A stretch of 64,000 nt of DNA. It comes from the human T2T-CHM13v2.0 reference genome, Homo sapiens. Within the stretch, counting starts at the first letter, position 1. The number at the start of each line of letters is the position of its first letter. The translations under genes were made by a program, and so were the position numbers. The notes beneath the pieces were generated by a model. The model did no database searches. It was given only the letters and a program-made list of their open reading frames with translations, and had not been told where the DNA came from. Below are positions 1-13,042 of this stretch, piece after piece. The stretch lies in NCBI RefSeq assembly GCF_009914755.1, contig NC_060933.1. One strand, written 5' to 3'.

Positions 1-466
1 TTACTTTATGTACGGCTAGCCTGGTTATCCTGAGCCTTCCATGACAGTATAATAGTGTGAGGGGAATCCCTAAAGCCCGGTCTTGTTTTGGTTTTAATTC
101 CTAATAGTTTTCTATGTCTCTATCACAGAGTTCCCAGTTATCAGAAGATCAGAAGCCAAAGTTATTTTTTAATCATCTTTAAACTTTTGCTTTGGGGTTC
201 CTTGAGAATGAATTATTCATCTCAGGTATAGAAAAATCATGTACCCAAAAATACAGACACTCCATTAGACAGAGATAGCTTTACTCGCTGCTGTGTCTAC
301 TTTTAATTCTGTCTCTCCCCTCAGTGCTCAGAACCAACTTTGACAGAAAGAGAACAGGATATTCATGGCCATTTACATTTGCCGTTGGCAAGTGACCTTC
401 TCCTTTGGCAGAACTGGGTGGCTGTATGGTAGCATCTTTCACAATTCTGGCTAATCTTCCACTTAC

Positions 467-566
467 CAGTCTGTGTGTGCACACTGGCATGACCCAACCA
501 TCTATCCATTTCAGGGTGTGGTAGGATTATGTGTCATGGGACGAGGTTTCTCCTTAAGCTTCCTCA
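467..566 (-). other. Candidate first exon of an unidentified minus-strand gene running off the left edge
   Basis: Donor CTG|GTAAGT (acttaccag, 461-469). TSS inferred about 30 nt downstream of the TATA box. Non-repetitive sequence. Confidence 0.45.
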
Positions 567-590
567 GGCCCCTGCATGCCAGCCAAACAC

Positions 591-596
591 TTTATA
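591..596 (-). promoter_or_regulatory. Candidate TATA box (CCTATAAA on minus strand)
   Basis: tttatagg at 591-598, in unique sequence about 125 nt upstream of a consensus splice donor on the same strand. Confidence 0.5.
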
Positions 597-1974
597 GGCT
601 CAGAAAGAAATGTTCCGAAGTACACAGAGACAGCAGTCACTGCCCCTAAATTACAACAAAGAACATCCCATTAAAAATGTTTGTAGCTGGCTTATGGATA
701 ATGCAGAGTAATTAGCAATCAAATTGGCAATGTGATGGCACAGGATACAGAGGGAACTGTAAGACTGAAATTCACCATTAGCTGGTTTAAAAAAAGTTTT
801 CTTAAGCTGCTCTCTAAAGTTGAAGTGTTTGTCTCAGGGATCTATGTGAAAAATCTAACAAGTAACCACAATGATTTTCATCCACCTACCTGGCAATGCA
901 ATAGGAAAAGGCAGGGATTAAATGAATGCCAAGGTCCCTTGGTATGCAGAGACATGTCTTTCTTATCTTTAAATTCAATGCCTGTGCAGCCCAAAGCCTG
1001 GTGTAAAGTAGGCATTACTATAAAAAACAGGTTCATTTCCCCTAAATTTTTAGGAACATAATGAATTATCTAGCCCTACTCTGGGTTACTAGATCTAGAA
1101 AAGCTAGTAGAAATGCCCAGTATAATTAAACTTTGCAAATGTCTACAGGAGTGTTTATATCAACCTTTCTAATTATTGACATCTTCTTCAAATATTAGAA
1201 ACAAGAACCTCTCTCATAATGGAGGTTGGAATTGGTGGCCTAATTTTAGTCTTCTAATTGGACCACCATTTAGAATCTGGTTTGCTGAGAGATACTGGAT
1301 GCTGCCAGATACCTGAGAATGTTAAGCACTGATATACCTTAATCAGGGAAGCAGAAGTATATCCAATATCTTACTCCCTGATCTGTCTTCATCACCAAAC
1401 CCTCCACTTACACACAAAACATGAAAGAAAGGAGTTACGCAAGAGCCCTTAGAAAGAAATAAAACATTATTTAGATGACTTTCACAGTAACATTCAAGGT
1501 TATCTTAAAGAGGGAGATTGCCATTCCAATTTTGACCTCACTATTTTGAAGCTAACAGAATTCTTTGGGTTTTGTCCATTTTGCCAGTGATGATGACAGG
1601 ACATACCAGAGGGGAATTCCTCACAATTTTCTCAGAGGTTAGCCAAGAAATAAACAAAAGTATCAGTCTTTTAGCTTAACTAATAATAACAACCAACACA
1701 AAATAAAAATAACAAAAATAGTACTTAGTAAAATTAGTTAGAAATTTAAAAACTTAATCTGAAAAAAATAAGACTTTATAGGAAAACAATGAATAAAGTG
1801 TAAAACTGAAACTGTGCATGGTAAATTTGTGTTTCACTAAAACTTAAATAGAAAAAACAAATGTTTTGCTTTCCATATTTTTATTTTTAAATTGGATTGC
1901 ATGCATGTGTATATGGATAAAATTAAGAAGACATGAAAGTACAAAGAATAAAAAAATTAATCAAACTCACTCAC

Positions 1975-2653
<679 letters not shown>

Positions 2654-2658
2654 CTCAC

Positions 2659-3360
2659 TATCTTGCCCCCAGACACCCATTTTTCCTCACAGGAAACAGC
2701 AACTACACTATTAGCAGGTTCCTGTGTACCTTCCAAAGATAAATTTTAATAGAATCCCAGAAGTATAATTGTTGTGTCAAAGGGAGTGTTCATCCTAAAT
2801 TTTAATCAATTTGGATTAATTGCCTATAGAAATTGAACTAGTTTACATTCCCACGAGCAGTGAATGAGTGTGTTGATTCCCAACACTCTTGTCAATGTTT
2901 TCATCTTCATGAAGTTTATAGGTGAAATTCTCTTACTGTAAATGACGTTGATCAGCTTTTCATATGTTTACAAACCATATAAATTTCCTTTTATGTGAAC
3001 TGGCTACCTAGTTGTCTCAGGACCATTTATCAGTTACTCTAGAATTTTAAATGCCACGTTGAATACATACTAAATTATTTTATGTATTTTGGGTTTATAG
3101 ATTTTGTGTTCCCTAATTGATTTATAGTTGTATTCCAGGACTATGCTGTTTTAATTATTATAGATATATAAGTTTTAATATCTGATAGGTGTAGAACCCT
3201 CTCATTTTCATTTTCAGCATTATTTCAGGAAAAATAATATTCAGGGACTTTAGAATCAAGTTGTCTAGTTAAAACATAACCCATCTATTGATCATCTATC
3301 TTTTTAGTATTTCTATGAGGAAAAAAATCTTGAGGAAATTTAGACCTGCATTGTTAAATT
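2659..3360 (-). mobile_element. Old L1ME-type 3' fragment (host of the THE1 LTR; probably continues at ~1880-1970)
   Basis: Degenerate L1 motifs such as tttacattcccacgagcagtgaatgag and cagcttttcatatgttta. Confidence 0.6.
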
Positions 3361-3747
3361 AGATAAAGATGACAACTGAAATAAAGACAAAATTCATAAT
3401 TTTGCTTACCGTGCCTGGTAAAAGTTGATACGTGCCTCATTCTTGTAAAATTTCCTATGACATTATCTTAATACATTTCATTAAAATAGATTTTAATAAA
3501 TTTTGAAAGTAGCTTAATGTCACATGAAGGGAAATTGATAAGATATTTGGTTAGCTAAATATAGGTTCTTCTAAAAATCATTTTAATAACAAAAACTGAT
3601 TATCATTAGTATAATTCTTAATAAAATAGACAATGAAACTATTTTGGGGGAAAAAATGAGGAAAATAATGTTCCAACATGTAAAAATGATACAGTTACAA
3701 TCTCTCCCACTAAGTTGAAGAATATATTTTGGTGGAAGTTTAGAGAT

Positions 3748-6187
3748 TGATATAGTATAGATGTCTGTCCCCTCCAAATCTCATGTTGAAATGTGATTTC
3801 ATTGTTGGAGGTGGGGCCTAGTTAGAGAATTTTCAGTCCTGGGGTTAAGTCCCTCATGAATGACCAGGTAGCCTCCCTGTAGTAATGAATTCACATGAGT
3901 TCTGGTTGTTAAAAAGAATCTGGCACCTCTCCTCTCACTCTCTTGCTCCTTTTCTTGTCATGTGTGTGCCAGTTCCCCCTTCACCCTTCAGCACGATTGT
4001 AAGCTTCCTGAGGCCTCACCGGATGCAGATGGTGGTACTATGCTTCTTGAACAGCCTGCAGAACTGGGAGCCTAATAAACCTCTTTTATTTATAAATTAC
4101 CCAATCTCAGGCATTCCTTTAAAGCAATGCAAAATGGACCAACACAGAAAATTGATACCAGGAGTGGAGAGTTGCTATAAAGATGCCTAAAATGTGGAAG
4201 CAGCTTTGTAACTGGGTAATGAGCAGACATTGGAAGAGCTGGAGGTCTCAAAAGAAGACAGGAAGACAAGGGAGAGCTTAGACCTTCTTAGAAAATTGTT
4301 AAGTGTTGTGACCAAAACACTGATAGAAATGCGGACAGTGAAGTCCAGGCCAATGAGATCTCGGATGGAATTGAGGAAGTTATTGGGAGCTGGAGCAAAG
4401 GTCACCCGTGTTATGCCCTAGCAAAGAACTTGGCTACATTTTGTCCACACCCTACAACTTTGTGGAAGGCTGAACTTAAGAATGATGATCTAGGGTATCT
4501 GGTAGGAGAAATTTCTAAGCAGTAAAACATTCAAGAGGCGTTGAGGCTGTTTCCAACAACCTATTATCAGCTACAGGAGCAAATAAATGACTTAAAGTTA
4601 GAACTTATATTTAAAAGGAAAGCAGAGGATTAAACTGTGGAAAATTTGTAGGCTGGCCATGTGGTAGAAAAGGAAAGTGCATTTTCAGGGGAAGATTCCA
4701 AACAGACTGCAGAGCAACCACTTGCTAGAGAGATGAGCACAACTAAAAGAGAGCCAAGTGCTAATAGCCAAGGCAATGGGAAAAAGGGCTCAAAGGCATT
4801 TCAGAAGCCTTCAAGGCTGAGTCTCCCATCATAGGCCTAGAGGCAGGAAGGAATAGTTTCAGGGACCAAGCCTTGGCACCATTTCCCCCTGCCACCTGGG
4901 AGGCTGCTCCCACTACCCTTCTGCCACTCCAGGTCCAGCCATGGTGCAAAGGGCCCCAGCTATGGCTCAGACTGCTGTTTTGGAGAACTCAAGCCACCAT
5001 AAGCTCTAGTGGTTTCCATGTGGTGTTAAGCCTGCGAGCACACAGAATGCAAGACTGAAGGAGGCTTGGCAGCTTCTACCTAGATTTCAGAGGGTGTGTG
5101 GGAAAGCCAGGATTTCCAGGAAGAAGCCTTCTTTGGGGACACAGCACCAGCAGAGAGACTCATGTAGGGCAGTACTGAGGGGAAATGTGGGATTTGAGCC
5201 CCCACACAGAGTTCCCATTGGGCAGTTGCCTAGTGGATTTGTGGGAAGGGGGCCACTGCCCTCCAGACCAAAGAATGGTAGAGCCACTGGCAGCTTGCCC
5301 TCTGAGCCTGGAAAAGCTGCAGGTGACACTCATCCCCAACCTGTGAGAGCAGTCATGGGGGCTGTACTCTGCAAAGCCACAAGGGTGGAGTTGCTCAAGG
5401 TCTTGGGAGCTCGACCCTTGCACCAATGTGCCCTGGATGTGGGACATGAAGTCAAAGATTATTTTGGAGATTTATTGTCTGATCTGCCATTTTGAACTTT
5501 TGTAGAATCGATTGCCTCCTTTTTTGGGCTGATTTCTTCCTTTTGGAATGGGAATGTTTACCTAATGCCTGTACCACCATTGTGTCTTGGAATTAAATAA
5601 CTTGTTTTTAATCTTACAGGCTCATAGATGGAAGAAACTTGCCTTGAGTCTCAAATGAGATTTTGGACTTTGGACTTTTGATTGCGTTGATGCTAAAAAT
5701 GAGTTAAGACCTTTGGGACCACTGGGAAAAGATGATTATAATTTGCAATGTGAGGAGGCATGAGATTTAGGGAGCCAGGGGTGAAATGATATAGTTTGAA
5801 CATTTTCCCCTACAAACCTCATGTTGAAATGTGATCCCCAGTGCTGGAGGTGGGGCCTAGTGGGAGGTGTTTGGATCATGGGGATAGATCCCCTCATAAA
5901 TGGCTTGATGCCTTCCCCATAGTGATGAGTTCATGCAAGATTTGGTTGTTAAAGGAAGTCTTGGACCCTCCCCCTTCCTCTCTTGCTCCCTTGTTTACCA
6001 TGTGATACACCGGCTCCCCCTTTACTTTCTGCCATGATTGTTAGCTTCTTGATGCCTTACCACAAGCAGATGCTGGCACTATGTTCCCTTTACAGCTTGC
6101 AGAACTGTGAGCCAAATAAACCTCCTTTCTTTATGAATTACCCAATCTCAGGTATTGTTTTATAGAAACACAGAATGAACGAATGCA
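3748..6187 (+). mobile_element. Full-length MSTB-type MaLR (LTR 3748-4146, internal 4147-5786, LTR 5787-6187)
   Basis: Two TG...CA LTRs matching MSTB consensus, MST-int sequence, purine tract before the 3' LTR. TSD gagat/gagac. Confidence 0.93.
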
Positions 6188-6394
6188 GAGACTAAAGTAA
6201 AATACTATTCTGTTGGCAATTATTTAGAATTTCAATTTCCTTTGTGTATTAACAAAACATTTCTAAACATCTTTATTTCAGTAAATCTAATAAAAATATA
6301 TATCAGTATAAAACAAATTTTGTTTACGTTTTCTGAATTACAGTATTTTATAAAATAATCCAGCTATTTCAGTGGTGATCTCCTAGCTGATTAC

Positions 6395-6640
6395 CATTAT
6401 ATAGGGAAAAGAATCCTGAAGTTAGAGTCAGAAGACCTGGCTTTGAATTCTTATTTTACTTTTTGCCATACAGCACAGATTTGGGGTTTTCTCAATCATT
6501 CAGACCCTGAGGAAGGAGATAATGAAATTCTTGTGAGAATTATATAACATCATGGTATAAAACTCTACTCAACACAGAAAAGTTGTTCAGAATGTTTACT
6601 GAATAAAGCAATGAGTGAATAAAGAAAGGAATGAATAAAA
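6395..6640 (+). mobile_element. MIR fragment followed by an L2 3' tail
   Basis: gagtcagaagacctggctttgaatt (MIR), then aatgtttactgaataaa...gaatgaat (L2 end). Confidence 0.6.
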
Positions 6641-7160
6641 CCTTTGATTTACATCAGCAAGGCATGAACTTCTTGCACTGGCTCACACTTTTGCCTCACC
6701 ACAGCTGGTACAGTTTAGTAACTGTAAAAGAATCCAGCCAGTTGGCCAGTTCCAGAAGTTACAGCTAAGATTGTGAATGCAAGAAAAATTAACTTACACA
6801 CTTTTTAAACTCTAATTTTTCCTTCATTAACATAATTTTCTAATCAACTAGGTTAATCTAGACTGAGAAACTTTTTATTAAAGTATAAATAATTCTCAGT
6901 GGTAAACTGAGATCATTCACCTCTGACACTGAACTCAATTGCTTTTAGACTAACACTGAATTTCATGACTGTGGACTGGCCCTATAAAGTTTATAAAATA
7001 TTAATAAGGTATTTGTTAAAGAAATTAATACAAAGTTTTTATTTTATAGGTTCTTGGGATAAGGTTCACTTTAACAAATTTTAGGGGTCTTTTTGGATTT
7101 CACATTTTAGTGCATCAAATGCATATGATTTCAAATTGGCAATAACAGGGCTCTGACTAG

Positions 7161-7260
7161 GAAATCACCTACCCAAAGACCCTATTTCCTAATATAATCA
7201 CCTTGGGAGTTAAGATTTCAATAAGAATTTGGGGGAGATGAAAACATTCAAACCATAGCA
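7161..7260 (-). mobile_element. MLT1/MST LTR terminal fragment
   Basis: ...gttaagatttcaa...aacattcaaaccatagca terminus. Confidence 0.7.
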
Positions 7261-8016
7261 CTAAGGTTACACTGCCCAATATAACAGGTTTAGAATAACC
7301 CGGATCATTCTAGACTCTAATTCCTGATGAGAGTGGAGCACCTGGGCTACTTCCAGTCCTAATCAGCTCTGCACTAGAGAGCCACGGGGCTGTCGAACAT
7401 ACAACTAAGCATTTATTACCCGGAAAGGCAGAGACAGACATCGAGAATTTTTTTTCCAACTAAAGACTTCATCACTGGGGCTTTACTAATCCATTCTTCA
7501 CCTTCTTGCACCTTATTTCCTGCAGGACACACAGATTTTAAAGGAAGAGTAAAAACCAGTGATTATGTTTCTGTACTAGATATCTGAGAGGTTTCTATGT
7601 TAAGATGGAAGGCTGAAATGTGCCTCTCCTATTGCTTCATCTAAAACTTCACTGAAGGATTTGTTTAAAGACACATCTCAAGGACGGGGAGAACAAGAGA
7701 GCACACACAGCAACCAAATTTTATAACTGGAATCAGGCGGTCCAGTGGCCCCTGACTTAGCCAACACAAGAGTGCCAAACCCTGAGCTGACAGTGGAGAA
7801 AGCAGAGGACCAGTGTCATTCCTGCCGCCCAACAATCTTCAAAAGGTACAGGATATAGAAGCAGAAGGGATCTCTGAATCTAGAAGTGAACAGTCAGAAA
7901 GGGCTAAAATAACAACTTTCTGAAAGCTGTTTGAGAGCTAATAAGAGGTTAGTAGAACTAGCTCAGCAAGAAGTTAGCATTCATGAAAATTCTTTAAAAA
8001 ATACCTCCTCAAACAG

Positions 8017-8064
8017 ATACATTGCAAAATAAATACATTACAAAATAAATACACTGCAAAATAA
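8017..8064. repeat. 16-bp tandem repeat, 3 copies (atacattgcaaaataa)
   Basis: Units at 8017, 8033 and 8049; the second and third each differ from the first by one base. Confidence 0.9.
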
Positions 8065-8439
8065 ACCCCTTCTATTGCCTACTTCTTGGGGAAAATTTCT
8101 AGGCTGAACTTCGGCACACCCTCCAACCCCCATCTTGTTGCCATTCTACCAGGTTTGTGCAGTACAAAAACTGTACAGCTTTATAGCCATGTGCAAGAAC
8201 CTTGAGTCCCTGTATCCCCTCCCAATCTATCTGACTATGAAACTGTCCCTCCTTCACCCTGGCAGGGACACATTCATAATTGCATCAACTTTGCCAGAAT
8301 AGAGTCTTGTAAACTCTCAGAAAGGGGTTGCCAGGGAACAACTCTGTTCAGTTCATCTTTTCTTGGGAGCCTTCATCTTATGGAGGGAATTAGGTTTGTG
8401 CTTTGTACTCCATGTGTTTATTTTAATTTTGTTTTCTAT

Positions 8440-8910
8440 AAATACTCAAGAGTGCTTTCTAAAACAAGGACTTTCTATGACTTAATCACAGTGCATTTAA
8501 CAAAATGAGAAAACTGAACATTGCTGATGCAATACTATTATCTAATACATATTCCAGATTTAAATTTTGCTTGTTGTGACAAAAAAATTTTCTTTATAAG
8601 CTTCTTTTTTTTCTGGATTGAGATCCAATACAGAATGAAGCATTGCATATCATCCTAAGAATAAATAGTATCTTGTTAGGATATCTTTACATATGGTTAA
8701 GCTATAAAGAAATTATAGAGGCTAGCACAAAAGTCTGTATACTGGTTACTTCCAGGAGGTGTTGAAGGTGCTGGGAAGGAGGGATGTGCAGGCATCTTCA
8801 AAGGTACCAAGAACAATTTATTTCTTGGGTGATAGTTTCACAAGCGTTCATTTTATCATTATTCTTCAACTAATACATATTCATTTTTATACTTTTTAAT
8901 AAATAGTACA
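8440..8910. mobile_element. L1MC4/5-like fragment (minus, ~8440-8655) and L1ME 3' end (plus, ~8690-8910)
   Basis: aaaacaaggac...caatactattatctaat; L1ME tail tttcttgggtgatagtttcacaagcgttcattttat. Confidence 0.6.
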
Positions 8911-9559
8911 TTTTATATTTTGTTTTCTTTTTAAGAGGTATAATTTAAGGGTCTGCTTTAGGCACAAAATAGTGTTACTTTTAGTTAAATGGGCTCATAT
9001 TACTCAGCTTGATCCAAGTTAAAAATTTGATATGTTCTTAAGCGTCATCTTGGTGTCAAGAATGAAATATGGTGTTTCTGAAACAGCGTAGGACTGAGTT
9101 AACCTCGGTTCTACTACTGGCTAGCTTGGAACTGTGAGCCTCCTTTTGCTAATCTGAAAAATTATGACATTAATTACTTCAAAGCTTTAGTAAAGATTAG
9201 AAGAGATAATTGCATATAGCGTTAAGATACCTCATTCATACTATGTTATTTTAAAAACATACTTTTCCTCTCCCTACTTTGCCATTCTGTCTCGATGCAT
9301 CAGCAAACAAGTTTAACATGTGGTTATAAGGTTTTATTTTTAGCTAAATTTTATTATTAGTTGTTCTTTATTTCCCATGACAATGACTTTTTTCACTCTC
9401 TAAGTTGTTTAGGAAATAAAATCTTTGTATACGGAGGTAAAATTCTGGTTCTTTTTCGTCATAATAGCTTTTCCTGAATTTTATGCTCTATTTCTCTCAA
9501 AGTTGCATTCAAAGCATAATGAATCTCTTGGCCTTGCTATACATATTTTCTGAGTTGTT

Positions 9560-12500
9560 TTACTTTTAGTATTGGTTCCAGAGTCAGTTTCTAGCTTTTT
9601 GAATTTATACTAAACTATTAAGTGGGGAGGTTCCCATTTTTTATTTTTGAAAGTAGGTATTTGTGAAAGAATGTAATTATCTCTGCCATGAAAGTCCTGT
9701 AGAACTCACTCCTAAAACTGGACACCCTTTTTGTACTTGTTTGTGTGTGTGTCGGTGTGTGTGTATATAGTTGGAATTTGTAGATTTTCAACTACTGGTT
9801 CAATTACTTTAATGTTTGTATATTTATTCATTATTCTGTTTTATATGAGGGTATCCATTTTGTCCAAATTTTTAGAATATTAACATAAAATTTTAAGCAT
9901 ACTACCATTTGTTTGAAAAACCTTCTTTTAGTAATTTAGCTGTTTTGTCCCTACCATTTGTTAATCTCTCTTTTCATTCAATCTTCTCCAATTTATCTAT
10001 TCTAGCAGATTTTGAAAGAATTGAATGTTGATTTTTAATTAATATTATCAAAGAGCACAGTTAGTATGATACCAGTTTTCTGAAATTTGTTGATACTTGC
10101 TTTGTGGCCCGGTGTGTAATCAATTTTCACAACTATCTCCTATGTGATTGAGAAAAAACATTTATTCTTCAATTGTTATGCAGTTGCTCCTCAATATACA
10201 TGGGAAATTAGTTCCAGGACACCCCCACGTATACCAGAATCCATGCCTACTCCAGTCCAGAATTCAGCCCTACAGAGCCCACATATACAAAAAGTCAGCC
10301 ATTGGTTTACTCAAGTTTCACATCCTGTGGACACTGCATTTTTAATCCACCTTTAGCTGAAAAAAATCCACATGTAAGTAAATGCACACAGTTCACACCT
10401 GTGTTGTTCAAGGGCCAGCAGTATATGACTATCAGATCAAGCTTCTTAGTTGTATTTTTCCATATTTTTGTTTTTATTTTTTTTTACTTTTTAGTTTTAC
10501 CTACCAATTAGTAGGATACAGGCCTCAAATTCTCTCAATTTAATTGTGAACTTGACAATCTCTTTGTAATTCTCCAATTTTTGTTTTAGATATTTTGAGC
10601 CTACGTTATTCATTAATTTTTAAAATACAACGTGAAAATCTGTGTGTTGTTATATTTATTGTGATTAGGACATTTGGATTTAATTTTTTCATCTTATTTT
10701 GCAGTTTCTACCTAGCCTCTTTGTACATGCTTTTTTTTTCTTCATCTTGTGCCTCATTTTGAATTCACTGGCATGTTTATTACATATTTCCCTCTAGCAC
10801 ATTAAAAGTATTATCAAATACTTCTATTATTTTAGGAGTTACCTTAAAATTTCAACATGCATTCTCACATAACACAAACTAAAGTTAAGCTCACTGTCTC
10901 TTCCCAAATGATCAAAAGCTCTCAGAACACTTAATTACTCCCTTTTGCATTCTAATCCAGATTTTTCATTATAATGTTTTTTTCACAATTGGTCACTGTG
11001 ATGGTCTTAGTTGTTTTATCCAGCCAATGTTTGATCACATTTACTTATATGATTTCCCAATCTATTTGTTCATTACTCCATTTTGCATCTCTGTCCTTCC
11101 TTGTGGATTCAGTTCTCTTCATCCCGAAGTTTGCTGTATATCCTACAATGTTCCTTTTGTTCCTTTAGTACATGTCTGTTGGTATTAAATGCTCAATTTT
11201 TCTTTGTCCAGAAATGCTGTGTTTCAACTTGTTTGTCAGTAATAGTTATGCTGGAATTAAATTTTCCTTGATGGATCTTTGAAAATACTATTATACTGTT
11301 TTCTGGTTTCTATTGTTGCTACTCAAAAGTCTGTTTTCAGTCAGTTATTCCTTTGTAGGTAATTCGTCTTTTCTTCCTAAGTTGTCTCAAACATTTCTTT
11401 ATCTCTCGTATTCTGCAGTTGTATTTATCCTGCTTGGAGTTCTTCCACCTTCTAAATTTAACGATTTAAATCTTTCATTAATTCTAAAAACCTTCAACCA
11501 TTATCCCTTTGAATATTACCACTCCTGGACTCTGTACTCTTTTGTTCTAAATTCTCACTGAATATATATTAGACTTTCTCATTCTTTTCTCCATCTCTTA
11601 TTCTTTCTGTCATTTTTCCATCATTCTGCCTCTGTCTGTGTATCATTATCGGTGATTTATTCAGATCTAATTTGCAGTTCACAAATTCTCTCTTTAGCTA
11701 TGACCAATTTACTGCTTAAACTCTCCATCAGACTTTTCATTTTTGTGATATTTTCCTTTACTTTTGTATTTTTTATCCAAATATGCCCATTATGTTTGCC
11801 TGTCATTTTTGATAGTACCTTGTTTCTTTTTCATGTCATTAGCTCTAGTTTCTATTTCCATCAACATTTTGTCCATATATATGTAACATTTTGAAATTAA
11901 TAATTCTAGTATCTGAAATCTTGGGTGTCGATTATTGAAATTTACAGATTCTGCTGACTCTTGTTCATGATGGCTTGTACCCATTTGTGTTTTATAATTT
12001 CTGTTAGTGAGTTTTTATTCATGGGGCCTTATCTGTAGTAATCTTTACCATACTAAGTTAAGGGCTCTTACTTCCAAGAAAGGCTTTTTGTTTGGTTTCC
12101 CCAAATGTCTGAGGGGCACTGCAACTGAGGACCTCTTTATGTTAATGCCTTGGGCTTGACTTTGCAGAAACCTTACAAGTGGTGTGGTGAGCTTTTTTCA
12201 GCTATCCAGATCTCTGACCAGGACAGATCAATTTTTTAATCTCCCTTTGCCAGAAAGAATTTTCAAAGCCTACCCTTACACTGAGTGAGATTCTGGCATT
12301 ATACAGGAGGGTCTTGACTCTTCATTGCTCAGCCTAAGGTTTACTTTCTATCCCCAAAAGACTCTTTAAAGATAGATTCTTGGTTACCAAGATTGGCTAA
12401 TTCCCTTTGAGTACCTGCAGATTTATGGCCTAGTTACTAGTCTAGTTTCATATTTTTTGTGACTTTGACCCTCAAAAATCTTGTTTTACTTTCTATAGGC

Positions 12501-12560
12501 TTAGCTGTGCACTTGAGAAAATATTTCTTATACTTTATTATTTATTTCTAGGCATTTTCA
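9560..12560 (-). mobile_element. Highly decayed L1M (ME-type), ORF2 N-terminus to ORF1/5' region
   Basis: T-rich antisense L1 motifs, e.g. ttctgaaatttgttgatacttgctttgtggcc and tattgttgctactcaaaagtctg. Confidence 0.65.
10181..10421 (+). mobile_element. MER8 (Tigger-family MITE)
   Basis: cagttgctcctcaatatac ... gtgttgttcaagggccagcag, 241 bp, TA on the right flank. Confidence 0.85.
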
Positions 12561-13042
12561 GATCATCTTAATAGTCATATTGTAGCAAATATAAACTTTT
12601 AATCATTTTCTTAACTCTCCGTTCCAAACCCCATTCTGTGGTAGTCTTATTCTTTTTCATGCCCCACTAACCCATCCCAGGTACAGCAGTAGCCACCACA
12701 GCAGGAACAATCATCTTCCCATAAAGGATCATCACATTCCTCTTAGGGTCCACTTCTCTACACTCTGACCTAAAACATTTCTTTACTGAGACAACAAGTC
12801 TTGATGATAGTACAGCTCCAACTCATCTGCATTTCATTTATTTCCCAAGATTCTTGTCAGCCTGCGGATGTTCTCAAATTCACAGACGAATGTGGGGAAA
12901 AGGGGGAGGAGGGCAGCAGTGTTGACGACCTTCAGAATAGACTTTAATGAGAATTCTTTTTTTTCAATCCTGCTTCATGTCTGCTAAGATATATGGGGAT
13001 GAAGAAAAGTAATAAATTCTCTCAATTGTAACCAAACAAGTA

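Noticed and set aside
281-490. 69-aa minus-strand ORF (MPVCTHRL...)
   Set aside because: It reads through the consensus donor at 467 into presumed intron and has no recognisable homology
732-1061. 109-aa plus-strand ORF
   Set aside because: No recognisable domain or exon structure; length is within chance expectation
4187-5495. Several ORFs of 60-133 aa
   Set aside because: Frameshifted fragments of the MST-int sequence
7590-7990. GC-richer stretch resembling a promoter or exon
   Set aside because: More likely a decayed L1ME/HAL1 5' region; could not be assigned confidently
8297-8349. Possible RNA hairpin (gaatagagt ... actctgttc)
   Set aside because: Depends on many G-U pairs and bulges; no miRNA or snoRNA hallmarks
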